Below are positions 49,716 to 58,466 of a DNA stretch of 64,000 nucleotides, in pieces. The notes beneath the pieces were generated by a model. That model searched no databases. It was not told the DNA's origin and worked only from the letters and a program-made list of their open reading frames with translations. The position numbers and the translations under genes were made by a program. This stretch comes from an uncultured Sarcina sp. GTDB lineage: Bacteria; Bacillota; Clostridia; Clostridiales; Clostridiaceae. Each line of letters opens with the position of its first letter. Position 1 is the first letter of the stretch. The stretch spans positions 2,052 to 66,051 of the forward strand of contig CAUWDH010000020.1 of the NCBI GenBank assembly GCA_963557775.1. The letters are read 5' to 3'.

Positions 49716-51083
49716 TTATCTAAAATCCTTTGCCATAACTGTTACTTGATTAGTTTCAGTTAAAGCTTTGCTAATATTATGCATTATTGAATTTTCATCA
49801 TAACTATAATCAACATATCCATTTTCGTCTATTTCACCTAATTTTATAAAATCAAACTCTTTTCTTGCATGAAAATAAAAACTAGTAATTTTTTTGCTAT
49901 TAGCATTTTTTCTAATCTTATTAGTCATCTCTTCTCCATTTTCATCCTTAACGTATCCCATAGTTGTTGGCAAATATAAAGTTGATTTATCCATAGGACT
50001 TTTTAAAGGATTCATAGCTGGATAATATTTAAAGGGTTCATAGACTATATCAAAATACTTTTCTATAATTCTTTGTTGCTTCATTGATGAATGATAATGA
50101 GCACTTTCAAAAAAATCTATTGGTATATTAAGAATTTCTGCTGTTTTTATTGCACTTCTTATAATAGCCTCTGTTTCTGCCTCTGTATTATTTGCTTTTA
50201 TACTTAAGTCACTACCTACAGCACTTACTTCATCTCCATTTTGATGGGTATAGCCATGAAGCCCTATAGATGCTCCTCTAAAAATTAAATGGTCCATTAA
50301 ATTTATATACTGAACATTTCTCATAGATCTATTTTTTAATAAATCATTATCTATTCCTTTAGGTGGATTTTTATATCTACTTATCCACGCTACATTAAAT
50401 TTAACATCTTGTGAATATAAATAATCAGCTAAAATTTTATATTTTTCTATAGATTCTGCTTTTAAATATTCTCCTCCTGCTGCTAAATCTTCTACTCTCA
50501 TCATAGCTACTTTACCAGTTTTAGATTCCATTGTTTTTTCAATATTTAAATCTTTCTTTTCTTTAAATAAATAAATTTCATTGTTCTCATCTTTCCATCT
50601 ATCCCTTAAATTTAAAGCATGCTCTAAATCATTTAATGGTATATAATTTTCTGATTCTAATAAGCTTTCCCCTCTAAAATCATATAACTTCCCATTAACA
50701 GTAAAGTTTTTATTTTCTAAGTCTATTAAAGTATTATCTACTTTATAAATTTTATTTTTCTTTTCATAATTTAAGTTTGCCCTTTTCAAAAATTCTTCTA
50801 AGTCAATATAAAATCTTTGATTTTTTTCTAATATTCTATTCTCCAATTTAATTTCTTTTCCATTCAAATATAGCTTTAAATTTTCAACTTCATATACCTT
50901 CGATTCACTTGTACTTAAAGTATTAACTATCTTTTCTTTTTCTTCTTTTTTCTTTCCATCAAAAATAATTTTATTATCTATAACTTTAACATCTTTATAG
51001 GTTAATCCATTAAAATAAATTACTCCCCCCACTAATACTGTAGCTAAGCTTAATCCTGCTACTTTAAAAGTTTTTTTAAGCAT
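49716..51083 (-). CDS. DUF2334 (polysaccharide-deacetylase-like) protein with an N-terminal stalk domain and membrane anchor
   Basis: Signal/anchor helix and a LHGYTHQ motif in the C-terminal half. The assignment is by motif memory only. Confidence 0.5.
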   Translation of the reverse strand: MLKKTFKVAGLSLATVLVGGVIYFNGLTYKDVKVIDNKIIFDGKKKEEKEKIVNTLSTSESKVYEVENLKLYLNGKEIKLENRILEKNQRFYIDLEEFLKRANLNYEKKNKIYKVDNTLIDLENKNFTVNGKLYDFRGESLLESENYIPLNDLEHALNLRDRWKDENNEIYLFKEKKDLNIEKTMESKTGKVAMMRVEDLAAGGEYLKAESIEKYKILADYLYSQDVKFNVAWISRYKNPPKGIDNDLLKNRSMRNVQYINLMDHLIFRGASIGLHGYTHQNGDEVSAVGSDLSIKANNTEAETEAIIRSAIKTAEILNIPIDFFESAHYHSSMKQQRIIEKYFDIVYEPFKYYPAMNPLKSPMDKSTLYLPTTMGYVKDENGEEMTNKIRKNANSKKITSFYFHARKEFDFIKLGEIDENGYVDYSYDENSIMHNISKALTETNQVTVMAKDFR

Positions 51084-51182
51084 AATATCCCCCTACTGTT
51101 TTATTTTCAAATAATTTCAAGTTTATTATACTATAACCCTACACAATTTAACCTTTTTTTAATATTATTTCCATATTTATAA

Positions 51183-51944
51183 TTATTCTTCTCTCGTAAA
51201 TACTAATTCATTTCCCTTTGAAAGAATTTCATTATATCTATATCCCTCCATAGCAAAATCCTTTAACTCATCTACTGTTTCAATTCTATTTTCAGCCATA
51301 TATCTAACCATCATTCCTCTAGCCTTTTTAGCATAAACAGTAACTACTTTAAATCCTGTGCCTCTTCTTTCCTTAAAAACAGGAGTTATAACTTCAAATT
51401 CCTTTAAATTTATTACTTTTGAATATTCTTCTGAGGCTAAATTTACTATAATTTTTTCTTTATGACTTTCTAAATCGCTATGCATACTAGATGTTAAATT
51501 TCCCTTCCAAAATTCATAAAGATTTTTTTTATCTTTTATAGCTATTTTGGTCCCCATTTCTAACCTATAAGGAAGAATTCCATCTAAGGGTCTTAAGCTT
51601 CCATAAAGTCCTGATAATATTCTTAAATTATCATTACAATATTTTAATTCTTCCTTCGTAAAACTTTCTGCATCTAGCCCCCTATATGCTTCACCCTTAA
51701 AGCTAAGAATTGCTGGCTTTTTATTACTTCCATCAAAGACTTCCCAATTTTGATTTCTTATATAATTAAGCTGAGCTAAATTATCATTTATTTTCATAAG
51801 TTTACTAAGCTCTGGTATCTCTAATTCTTTTAATTGATCCATTATTATTTTTGAATTCCCTAAAAATCTAGGTGTTGTAACATCTAACTCTATATTAAAA
51901 CTCTTTTCATCAATTGTTTTAGCTGGTGAAAGTATTGCTATCAT
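51183..51944 (-). CDS. yaaA: Peroxide stress protein YaaA (UPF0246)
   Basis: MIAILSPAKT... I prefer ATG 51944 with a GAAGGAG SD. The upstream extension of the tracked ORF is AT-rich junk. Confidence 0.85.
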   Translation of the reverse strand: MIAILSPAKTIDEKSFNIELDVTTPRFLGNSKIIMDQLKELEIPELSKLMKINDNLAQLNYIRNQNWEVFDGSNKKPAILSFKGEAYRGLDAESFTKEELKYCNDNLRILSGLYGSLRPLDGILPYRLEMGTKIAIKDKKNLYEFWKGNLTSSMHSDLESHKEKIIVNLASEEYSKVINLKEFEVITPVFKERRGTGFKVVTVYAKKARGMMVRYMAENRIETVDELKDFAMEGYRYNEILSKGNELVFTREE

Positions 51945-52049
51945 AAAATTCTCCTTCTTAAAATAAAATTCTAATTTAATAATAATTATTATATATTTAT
52001 AAAATTCTACCTTCAAGTAAATCATCTTATTCTGTGTTATAATCTAAAA

Positions 52050-52165
52050 ATAAGATTTAATTCAGAATTTATAAGAAGATAAATATAGGCTTAATTCAGA
52101 TAAAATTTTGATTTCTCTGAATGCTTAATAATAATTATCTAAAAGTACTACATTCTCTAATTATC
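52050..52165 (+). repeat. Dispersed intergenic element, copy F (3' module plus a partial duplication, inverted on the chromosome)
   Basis: ATAAATATAGGCTTAATTCAGATAAAATTTTGATTTCTCTGAATGCTTAATAATAATTATCTAAAAG is the reverse complement of the ...CTAGATAA..ACTAAGCATTCAGA...CTGAATTAAG..TTTAT half. It ends 19 nt upstream of the dinG-like ATG. Confidence 0.65.
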
Positions 52166-52184
52166 AGGTAAAGGAGGGTTATTT

Positions 52185-55151
52185 ATGGAAAGTTATTTAG
52201 ATAATGTGATTTACTTAAATCTTTTAACTACAGGAAAATCTCTTGATAATGATTTTATTTTTAAAATAGATGGATTAAAAATTAATAATAATAATAAAAC
52301 ATTTTTTAGTAGCTTTATAAACATCCCTTCTGAAGTTCTCTATGTTAATAATAATTTTCTTAAGGAAGAAACACTAAAAAATTTAACTAAAGCACCATCA
52401 ATTGATGCTATTATAGATGATTTAAAAGCATTTATTTCAGATTTTCCTATAATTATTTTTAACAATCAAAACCAAGAGGAATTCTTAAAAAAACTTTTTT
52501 TATCTCATAATATTAAATTTAATAATACTATATTAGATTGTTTTGAATTATTTATGCTTCTAGAACCATGGCATAACGATTATTCACTAGAAAATCTTTT
52601 CTTAAAAAAATCATATAAAGAAAAGTTATTAGAAGATATTTCTTCTGAAGACTTACTTTTTTTATTTAATTCATTTTTAAAAGAAAATGATATTGGTGAT
52701 TTTATCAGTCATTATGGGGTTTATTTAAAGAATTGGAACTTTTATAATTACTTAGTTAATTTCAATATTTCAGAAGAAATGTTTAAAGATAAATTGCATA
52801 AAGTTACCGATTTTTATGAAGAACCTAATAAAATATTAAAACTAAAAGAAAACTGTGAAGAAATATTAAAAGACCCTAAGGGATTTTCTTCTTTGAATAA
52901 TAAATTTAAATTTAGACAAGGACAATATGATGTTATGAAAACAGTTAGAAGCTCCTTAGAAAAAAACTTGATTTCTATTATGGAAGCTCCAACTGGTACT
53001 GGAAAAAGTATTGCTTATTTATTACCAGCTATAACAAAAGCCTACTATAAAGGACAAAAAATATTTATTTCAACAAATACTAAAGAGCTTCAACGACAAC
53101 TTATACATAAAGATATTCCCTTTTTATTGAGAAGCTTTAACTTAAATTCTAAAGTTGATATTATAAATATAAAAGGAAAATCTAATTATCTTTGTATGGA
53201 TCTTATTCAGTCTATTTTAAATGATAATATCTTTAACAATACTAAATCTTTAAAAGAAAATATGGCTCTTGTTTACTTGCATAGATATTGTTACAAAGGA
53301 AAAGCCGGTGATAAAGAAGAAATAACTTCTGAAGCTGAAAATCATTTAAACCTTAATAGTATAATCAAACATTGTCTTTGTGATTCAGATGGCTGTAATA
53401 TCAAAACTTGTCCCTATGAATGTTATTATAAAAATACAGTTGAAGCTCTTAAAACAAGTACTATTGTTATAGTAAACCATTCTCTATTATTAAAATGGCC
53501 TTATGATAGTACTATTGAAAATGTAATTATAGATGAAGCTCATAATTTAAGTGATGCAATTTTTGATGCTTATGCCGCAATACTTAACTCTAGTGAATTA
53601 AAATCTTTATTACTAGAAATATTAGATTATAAAAATAAAAAGGGTTACTTAAATTATATATGGAAGTATACTCCTAATAGGACTATGAATTTTAGGGAAC
53701 TAGTGAGAGATAAAATAGATTTATGTTTCTTAACTATAGATAGAATAAGTTATTTAGTTTCTAAAGAACAAAAGGAATCTTATGATTTAGATATTAGTTT
53801 TTCAAAAGAAAAATTCTTAAGTTATGGAAAAGTAGTTCATGAACTAAAGGTTTTAAAGGAAGATTTAATTGCTTTTTATAAACCTCTAAATTCTTTTATT
53901 GATGCTAATAATCTTGATAATAGTAAAACGAGAAATTTAGGAGAAATATTTATAAAAAAAGTTGACCGTATCAAGGAAATAATTGATTTTATAGGTATAT
54001 TCACTACTGTAGAGCAAGATGAAAATAAATGCTATGGATTTTTCATAGAAAAAAACAAAAAGTTTTGGGAATGCTATATAAAAGATTTAAATTCATCTCT
54101 TATTTTCTTTGAAAGATTTTTAAATAACTTAAAAAGTTGTAGTTTTCTTTCTGCAACTTTAAAAAATAATAATACTTATAAATCATTTAAAAATTCTCTT
54201 GCTATAGATAAAGCAAATACTAGTTTCTTAAAGGAATTAGAAAATATCCCTCAAAGCTTTGATTTAAAAAAACGTTCTATTATTTATAATCCAATTGATT
54301 GTCCTAAATATTTCGAACCTGGTTTTATAGATTTTATGATTTCTAGCACTATAGAAATCCTTAAAAACTCTAACTGTAATATATTAGTTTTATTTACTAG
54401 TAAAAAGCGATTAATTGAATTCAAAAATAAAATTTTACCTTTTGCAATTGCTAATAAAATAAACCTTTTTGAAAGAAAACAAGATATAAAAAAATTATCA
54501 TTAAAAGGTTCTAGAAGTTTACTCTTAGGATCTAAAGGATTTTTTGAAGGAATAGATATTCCTGGAGATTTATTAAATATTGTACTTATTGATAAAATGC
54601 CTAATATAAATCCATACAATCCACTTTTTGAAAAATTTATAGAAAATGGATTTGCATTTAATACTATCAATACTCCTAGAGCTACAATTTCATTTAAACA
54701 ATGCTTTGGAAGGTTAATAAGAACTGAATTTGATTATGGATATTTTATAATATTTGATAAATGTAATCAAAATACTATTTTAAATAATGTATCAAAAGAA
54801 TATAAAGGAGTAAAAGCAATATCTGCTCCAATCAATAATTTATTAAAGGATATACCTGTGCGATTTAAGTATTGGAATTCATTAAATATAGAATTAGTGA
54901 TAAGTTCAACAATTAAGGAACTTGAAGAATTTCTTAAAACTCATGCTAAAGGTATCTACGGCAATAATGCTAATCTTGAATTAGCACTAAATGATTTTTA
55001 TGAAGAAAAATTTCAAGAACTTAACCTTAAAAAGAGATTTTCCATCTCTACTAAGAATAAAAAACTAAAATTTATATATGAAGATAATTCATACTTAGAT
55101 TTAAAAAATAAAATTTTAATAATAAAAGTAATTTCTTTAGTATTTTCCTAA
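52185..55151 (+). CDS. dinG: DinG/XPD-family Fe-S DNA helicase with a degenerate N-terminal DnaQ-like exonuclease domain
   Basis: Walker A MEAPTGTGKS, DEAH box VIIDEAHNL, and a Cys cluster NYLCMD / CLCDSDGCNIKTCPYEC. The N-terminus reads VIYLNLLTTG in place of the DxE ExoI motif. Confidence 0.8.
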   Translation: MESYLDNVIYLNLLTTGKSLDNDFIFKIDGLKINNNNKTFFSSFINIPSEVLYVNNNFLKEETLKNLTKAPSIDAIIDDLKAFISDFPIIIFNNQNQEEFLKKLFLSHNIKFNNTILDCFELFMLLEPWHNDYSLENLFLKKSYKEKLLEDISSEDLLFLFNSFLKENDIGDFISHYGVYLKNWNFYNYLVNFNISEEMFKDKLHKVTDFYEEPNKILKLKENCEEILKDPKGFSSLNNKFKFRQGQYDVMKTVRSSLEKNLISIMEAPTGTGKSIAYLLPAITKAYYKGQKIFISTNTKELQRQLIHKDIPFLLRSFNLNSKVDIINIKGKSNYLCMDLIQSILNDNIFNNTKSLKENMALVYLHRYCYKGKAGDKEEITSEAENHLNLNSIIKHCLCDSDGCNIKTCPYECYYKNTVEALKTSTIVIVNHSLLLKWPYDSTIENVIIDEAHNLSDAIFDAYAAILNSSELKSLLLEILDYKNKKGYLNYIWKYTPNRTMNFRELVRDKIDLCFLTIDRISYLVSKEQKESYDLDISFSKEKFLSYGKVVHELKVLKEDLIAFYKPLNSFIDANNLDNSKTRNLGEIFIKKVDRIKEIIDFIGIFTTVEQDENKCYGFFIEKNKKFWECYIKDLNSSLIFFERFLNNLKSCSFLSATLKNNNTYKSFKNSLAIDKANTSFLKELENIPQSFDLKKRSIIYNPIDCPKYFEPGFIDFMISSTIEILKNSNCNILVLFTSKKRLIEFKNKILPFAIANKINLFERKQDIKKLSLKGSRSLLLGSKGFFEGIDIPGDLLNIVLIDKMPNINPYNPLFEKFIENGFAFNTINTPRATISFKQCFGRLIRTEFDYGYFIIFDKCNQNTILNNVSKEYKGVKAISAPINNLLKDIPVRFKYWNSLNIELVISSTIKELEEFLKTHAKGIYGNNANLELALNDFYEEKFQELNLKKRFSISTKNKKLKFIYEDNSYLDLKNKILIIKVISLVFS

Positions 55152-55181
55152 AGTTATAATTACATTTCAAAAGGCTATATA

Positions 55182-55237
55182 GATGATACTTCTATATTTA
55201 TTTACATGAACCTCATCTATATAGCCTATTTAAAATT
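55182..55237. terminator. Bidirectional terminator between convergent dinG and the CBS gene
   Basis: 15-bp arms AGGCTATATAGATGA (55182-55196) and TCATCTATATAGCCT (55223-55237). Confidence 0.7.
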
Positions 55238-55254
55238 AAACTATCTTATCTCTA

Positions 55255-55671
55255 TTAAATTTTACTTTCTTGATACAATTCTTTATAGCAATATTCTATT
55301 ATATCACTTCTTTTTATTATACCAATAAATATTCCATTATCATCTACTACTGGAACAAAGTTTTGAGATATAGCTAAAGAAATCAAATTTTCCATGGTTT
55401 GATTAATTGTAACAGATTTATGATTAACTCTTCTTTCTACATCCTTTATTGAAACTTCATTAATATTTTTAAAGTTTAACTCTGAAGTATTCTTTAATTT
55501 CCAAAGTAAATCACCTTCTGTTAAAGTTCCAACATATTTTCCTTCATCATCTATTAAAGGAATAGCTGTATACCCATGATGTTCCATCCTCTCAATAACT
55601 TGTCTCATTGTTGCATTTATATCTTCATAAACCACTTCATTTTTTGGTGTTAAAAAAAACGCAATATTCAT
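55255..55671 (-). CDS. Stand-alone CBS-pair domain protein
   Basis: 138 aa with two CBS repeats (YTAIPLIDDEGKYVGTLTEGDLL; FVPVVDDNGIFIGIIKRSDII). Confidence 0.8.
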   Translation of the reverse strand: MNIAFFLTPKNEVVYEDINATMRQVIERMEHHGYTAIPLIDDEGKYVGTLTEGDLLWKLKNTSELNFKNINEVSIKDVERRVNHKSVTINQTMENLISLAISQNFVPVVDDNGIFIGIIKRSDIIEYCYKELYQESKI

Positions 55672-55715
55672 TTCTTATCATTCCATCCTTAAAACAAATT
55701 TCAATACACTTCAAA

Positions 55716-56624
55716 TTATTTATTTTGCATTATTCTTTTAAATTTATATGCAAAATTCATATAGTCTATATCATCTAATGAACTAATTATGTTTTTATAA
55801 GTAATTTCTCCTGTAAGAGTTTTCTTCACTATTATTTCTTGTAAAAGTTTATTATTACATTTAGGACAGTTCCCCATTGATAAAAATCTCCAATTAAATA
55901 ATGCTAAAGGATATTCAATATCCACATCATTAATACATTTTGGACACTTAAAATCAACATCTATATCATTAGCATTATAATTCTTTAAATCTTTAACTCT
56001 TATAGATGGCATATTATAAACATCATCTACAATATAGTTTTTAACTATCTTTCCATTATATAGACGTTTAAATACATCTGCTGCATAATTAGCATCATTT
56101 AAAGCATCATGTAACTTTTTTTTATCTAGTTTTATCTTAAGCTCCTCTAATGCACTTTTAAGTCCCAAAGCTTTTTTATGTCCTAACATTTTTGTGCAGT
56201 AATCTTGTATATCTAAATATCTTTTTATCCATTGAATACTTTTATAATCATGATAATTAGAATTAGAAATAATCTCTACTATATCATCTGTAGCCCAAGA
56301 GCATATAATATTATCCTCTTCCACAAAAGCTTCTAATCCATCCATAGCATCTTCAAAACTAATTCCAGCTCTAAGCTGTTCCTCTTTTATACCTGTTATT
56401 TCTGTTATTTTTGGATTTAACACATTAAATATGCTAGGTTTAATATATGCTTTATACTCACCTGTTTTTTTCATAAATTTATCTAATTTAACAGCTCCAA
56501 TTTCTATTATTTCATTTTGAACGGTAAGCTGTCTTAAATAACTATATTCATGATAAATATTTGGAAAATATCTAGTAATATTCTGCATATTATTAAATTC
56601 CAAATCTATTATTATAAATCCCAT
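55716..56624 (-). CDS. DEDDh 3'-5' exonuclease (KapD/ERI-like) with a C-terminal CPxC...CPxC zinc ribbon
   Basis: ExoI IIIDLEFNN, ExoII WATDDIVEI and ExoIII HDALNDANYAA are all intact. The C-terminus carries FKCPKC...GNCPKC. I prefer ATG 56624 with a GAGGGG SD. Confidence 0.75.
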   Translation of the reverse strand: MGFIIIDLEFNNMQNITRYFPNIYHEYSYLRQLTVQNEIIEIGAVKLDKFMKKTGEYKAYIKPSIFNVLNPKITEITGIKEEQLRAGISFEDAMDGLEAFVEEDNIICSWATDDIVEIISNSNYHDYKSIQWIKRYLDIQDYCTKMLGHKKALGLKSALEELKIKLDKKKLHDALNDANYAADVFKRLYNGKIVKNYIVDDVYNMPSIRVKDLKNYNANDIDVDFKCPKCINDVDIEYPLALFNWRFLSMGNCPKCNNKLLQEIIVKKTLTGEITYKNIISSLDDIDYMNFAYKFKRIMQNK

Positions 56625-56687
56625 TTCTAAAATCCCCTCACTAGTTGCAAAGAACATATTGAATTATATTAAGAAACTTCATTTTTA

Positions 56688-57503
56688 CTAATTAGTTTTA
56701 TTTTTTAAAATCCCTAATACTATACCTAATATATTACTCTCTTTCCCCTTTAATTTTATTGGCTCATATTTTGCATTTGCTGGCATTAATAACGGTTCTT
56801 CTGAATTTAAGTTTAATGTCTTTAAAGTTGCACTACCATCTATATCAACAGCTACAATTTCATTATGATACGCAGAATTTTGAGACTTTATTATAACAAA
56901 ATCTCCATTATTAATGTTTTTTTCTATCATACTATCCCCTTTTACATGTAGCATAAACAAATTTTTATTTTTTCCTACAAAATAACTAGGAATATTAAAA
57001 GTTCCCTCTTTTATATCATTAATTAATATAGGATTTCCAGCTGCAATATCACTATATACTGGAATACCTATTAAATCATCTTCTATAATATTATCGTTTC
57101 CATTCTTATTAACTATAACTTCTTTTAAAGTATTTCCATTGTCTACTTCAAAGCTTAATACTCTTCCTTTATTTAAATCAATATAGTCATATTGTTCTAT
57201 GAAAGATAAATTCTTTTCTTTCTTGTTATTAAACTTATTTTTTAATATAAAGTTTTTTCCCTTAGTGTCTCCTACTATGTTGCTTATAGATTTTCCACTA
57301 TAGCTCCAATGACTTTTATTAATTTCCTCACCTTTATTTATAATCAATATAAAAGATCCATGCTTTTCATTTTTTAAGTTTTTCATAAATATTAATTGAG
57401 CTCTACTAAGTTTCTCACAATCATCTATTATTATATGTGAATATTTTTCTTCATACTTTTTGCTATAATTTATGGCAAAAATCGTATCATCATATTTATC
57501 CAT
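56688..57503 (-). CDS. Helicase motif-II fragment fused to an intact LexA-type S24 autopeptidase domain (3' part of a split gene)
   Basis: HIIIDDCEKL resembles UvrD motif II (aa 23-32). The C-terminal half has DIAAGNPI (Ala155-Gly156 cleavage site), GDSM (Ser191) and ATLKTL (Lys228). The Ser-Lys spacing of 37 matches LexA. Confidence 0.7.
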   Translation of the reverse strand: MDKYDDTIFAINYSKKYEEKYSHIIIDDCEKLSRAQLIFMKNLKNEKHGSFILIINKGEEINKSHWSYSGKSISNIVGDTKGKNFILKNKFNNKKEKNLSFIEQYDYIDLNKGRVLSFEVDNGNTLKEVIVNKNGNDNIIEDDLIGIPVYSDIAAGNPILINDIKEGTFNIPSYFVGKNKNLFMLHVKGDSMIEKNINNGDFVIIKSQNSAYHNEIVAVDIDGSATLKTLNLNSEEPLLMPANAKYEPIKLKGKESNILGIVLGILKNKTN

Positions 57504-57508
57504 ATAGC

Positions 57509-58129
57509 CTAACTTATGAGTTTCATAAGAATACCTATCTCTTTTATACTATAAATTTGATTTCTACTCTCAGAGTGCTTTCTTAAAGATTTTCCTCTTC
57601 CCATTCTATTCACATTGAAATATTCATCCCTTGTAAAGTAATTAGATTTTATCCATTCTATTTCTTCTAACAAGTAATTCATATCTATATTCTTTATAAA
57701 TTTAGTAAGTTTATTATCCTTACTAAATTCTTCATATACAGACTGTAATATTTCTATTTTTTTATTTAAATCTAAATAGACTAACTTTAACTTATTTTCT
57801 CTTATGTACGATTTTACATAAGAATCTATTAGTTGATTAATATTTGAGAATTCTATTTGTTCTTTGTTTTTTATTGAAAATAAAGAATAAAAATTATGTT
57901 CCATTTCAAGTTTAGCTTTTGAATAAATACTTTTTGCCTTTTTACTATGCTCTTCTCCACTATGAACTAATAAAACTTTATCTTTCTCATATATGCAATA
58001 ATTTCTTTCTAAATCAACTGCCTTATAAATAGAAACTGTGGTCTTTCCTGTACCTATAGCACCTTTTAAAATTTGTATACCTGTCTTTTTACTTTTTAAA
58101 AATTTATCTTGTCCAACTTGAAACTCCAC
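57509..58129 (-). CDS. UvrD/Rep-like helicase N-terminal P-loop fragment (5' part of the split gene)
   Basis: GTG start. Walker A is GAIGTGKTT (aa 23-31). The RMGRGKSLRK...RNQIYSIKE region is typical of UvrD-like domain 1A/1B. It ends at TAG 57511..57509, 5 nt before the next ATG and in another frame. Confidence 0.65.
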   Translation of the reverse strand: MEFQVGQDKFLKSKKTGIQILKGAIGTGKTTVSIYKAVDLERNYCIYEKDKVLLVHSGEEHSKKAKSIYSKAKLEMEHNFYSLFSIKNKEQIEFSNINQLIDSYVKSYIRENKLKLVYLDLNKKIEILQSVYEEFSKDNKLTKFIKNIDMNYLLEEIEWIKSNYFTRDEYFNVNRMGRGKSLRKHSESRNQIYSIKEIGILMKLIS

Positions 58130-58228
58130 TATATTTATTCTCCTTTCTCTTAATAATATATCTCTTATTGTACTCTTAGTGTTATACTTAACATTATAAT
58201 TAATGAAAATTTCAAAAATAATTAATTT

Positions 58229-58357
58229 TTATCTAATAGCTAGATTTCTAATATTCCTACCTTCTACAATTAAGAAATAAATACTATAAAACTTCTAGAT
58301 AAACCTTACTAAACATTCAAATAGGTGAACCCCTACTTGAATTAAATTTACGTTTAT
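58229..58357 (-). repeat. Dispersed intergenic element, copy E (full length)
   Basis: TTATCTAATAGCTAGATTTCTAATATTCC ... CTTCTAGATAAACC ... ATTCAAATAGGTGAACCCCTACTTGAAT ... CGTTTAT. The 3' hairpin stem differs from copy C, but pairing is kept, with a G-U pair in the minus-strand sense. Confidence 0.7.
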
Positions 58358-58365
58358 ATTGGAAA

Positions 58366-58408
58366 AACTCCAAAGAAATCTAAAAAACCTTAGTTATCTT
58401 TGGAGTTC
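58366..58408 (-). terminator. Terminator after the DUF262/DUF1524 gene
   Basis: AACTCCAAAG (58366-58375) pairs with CTTTGGAGTT (58399-58408), with TTTTT on the minus strand. Confidence 0.7.
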
Positions 58409-58466
58409 CCTTTATATAATTTTATATTAGTTTTCTTTTATGGTCAATAAACTGAACCTTTATTTA

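Noticed and set aside
54284-54670. 128-aa minus-strand ORF inside the dinG-like gene
   Set aside because: It is a shadow ORF antisense to a helicase domain with clear motifs, and it has no SD.
58130-58228. LexA (Cheo-type GAAC-N4-GTTC) box upstream of the P-loop/S24 gene
   Set aside because: No GAAC...GTTC palindrome is present in the ~100 nt between the element copy and the start codon. SOS control at the transcriptional level is therefore not supported by the sequence.
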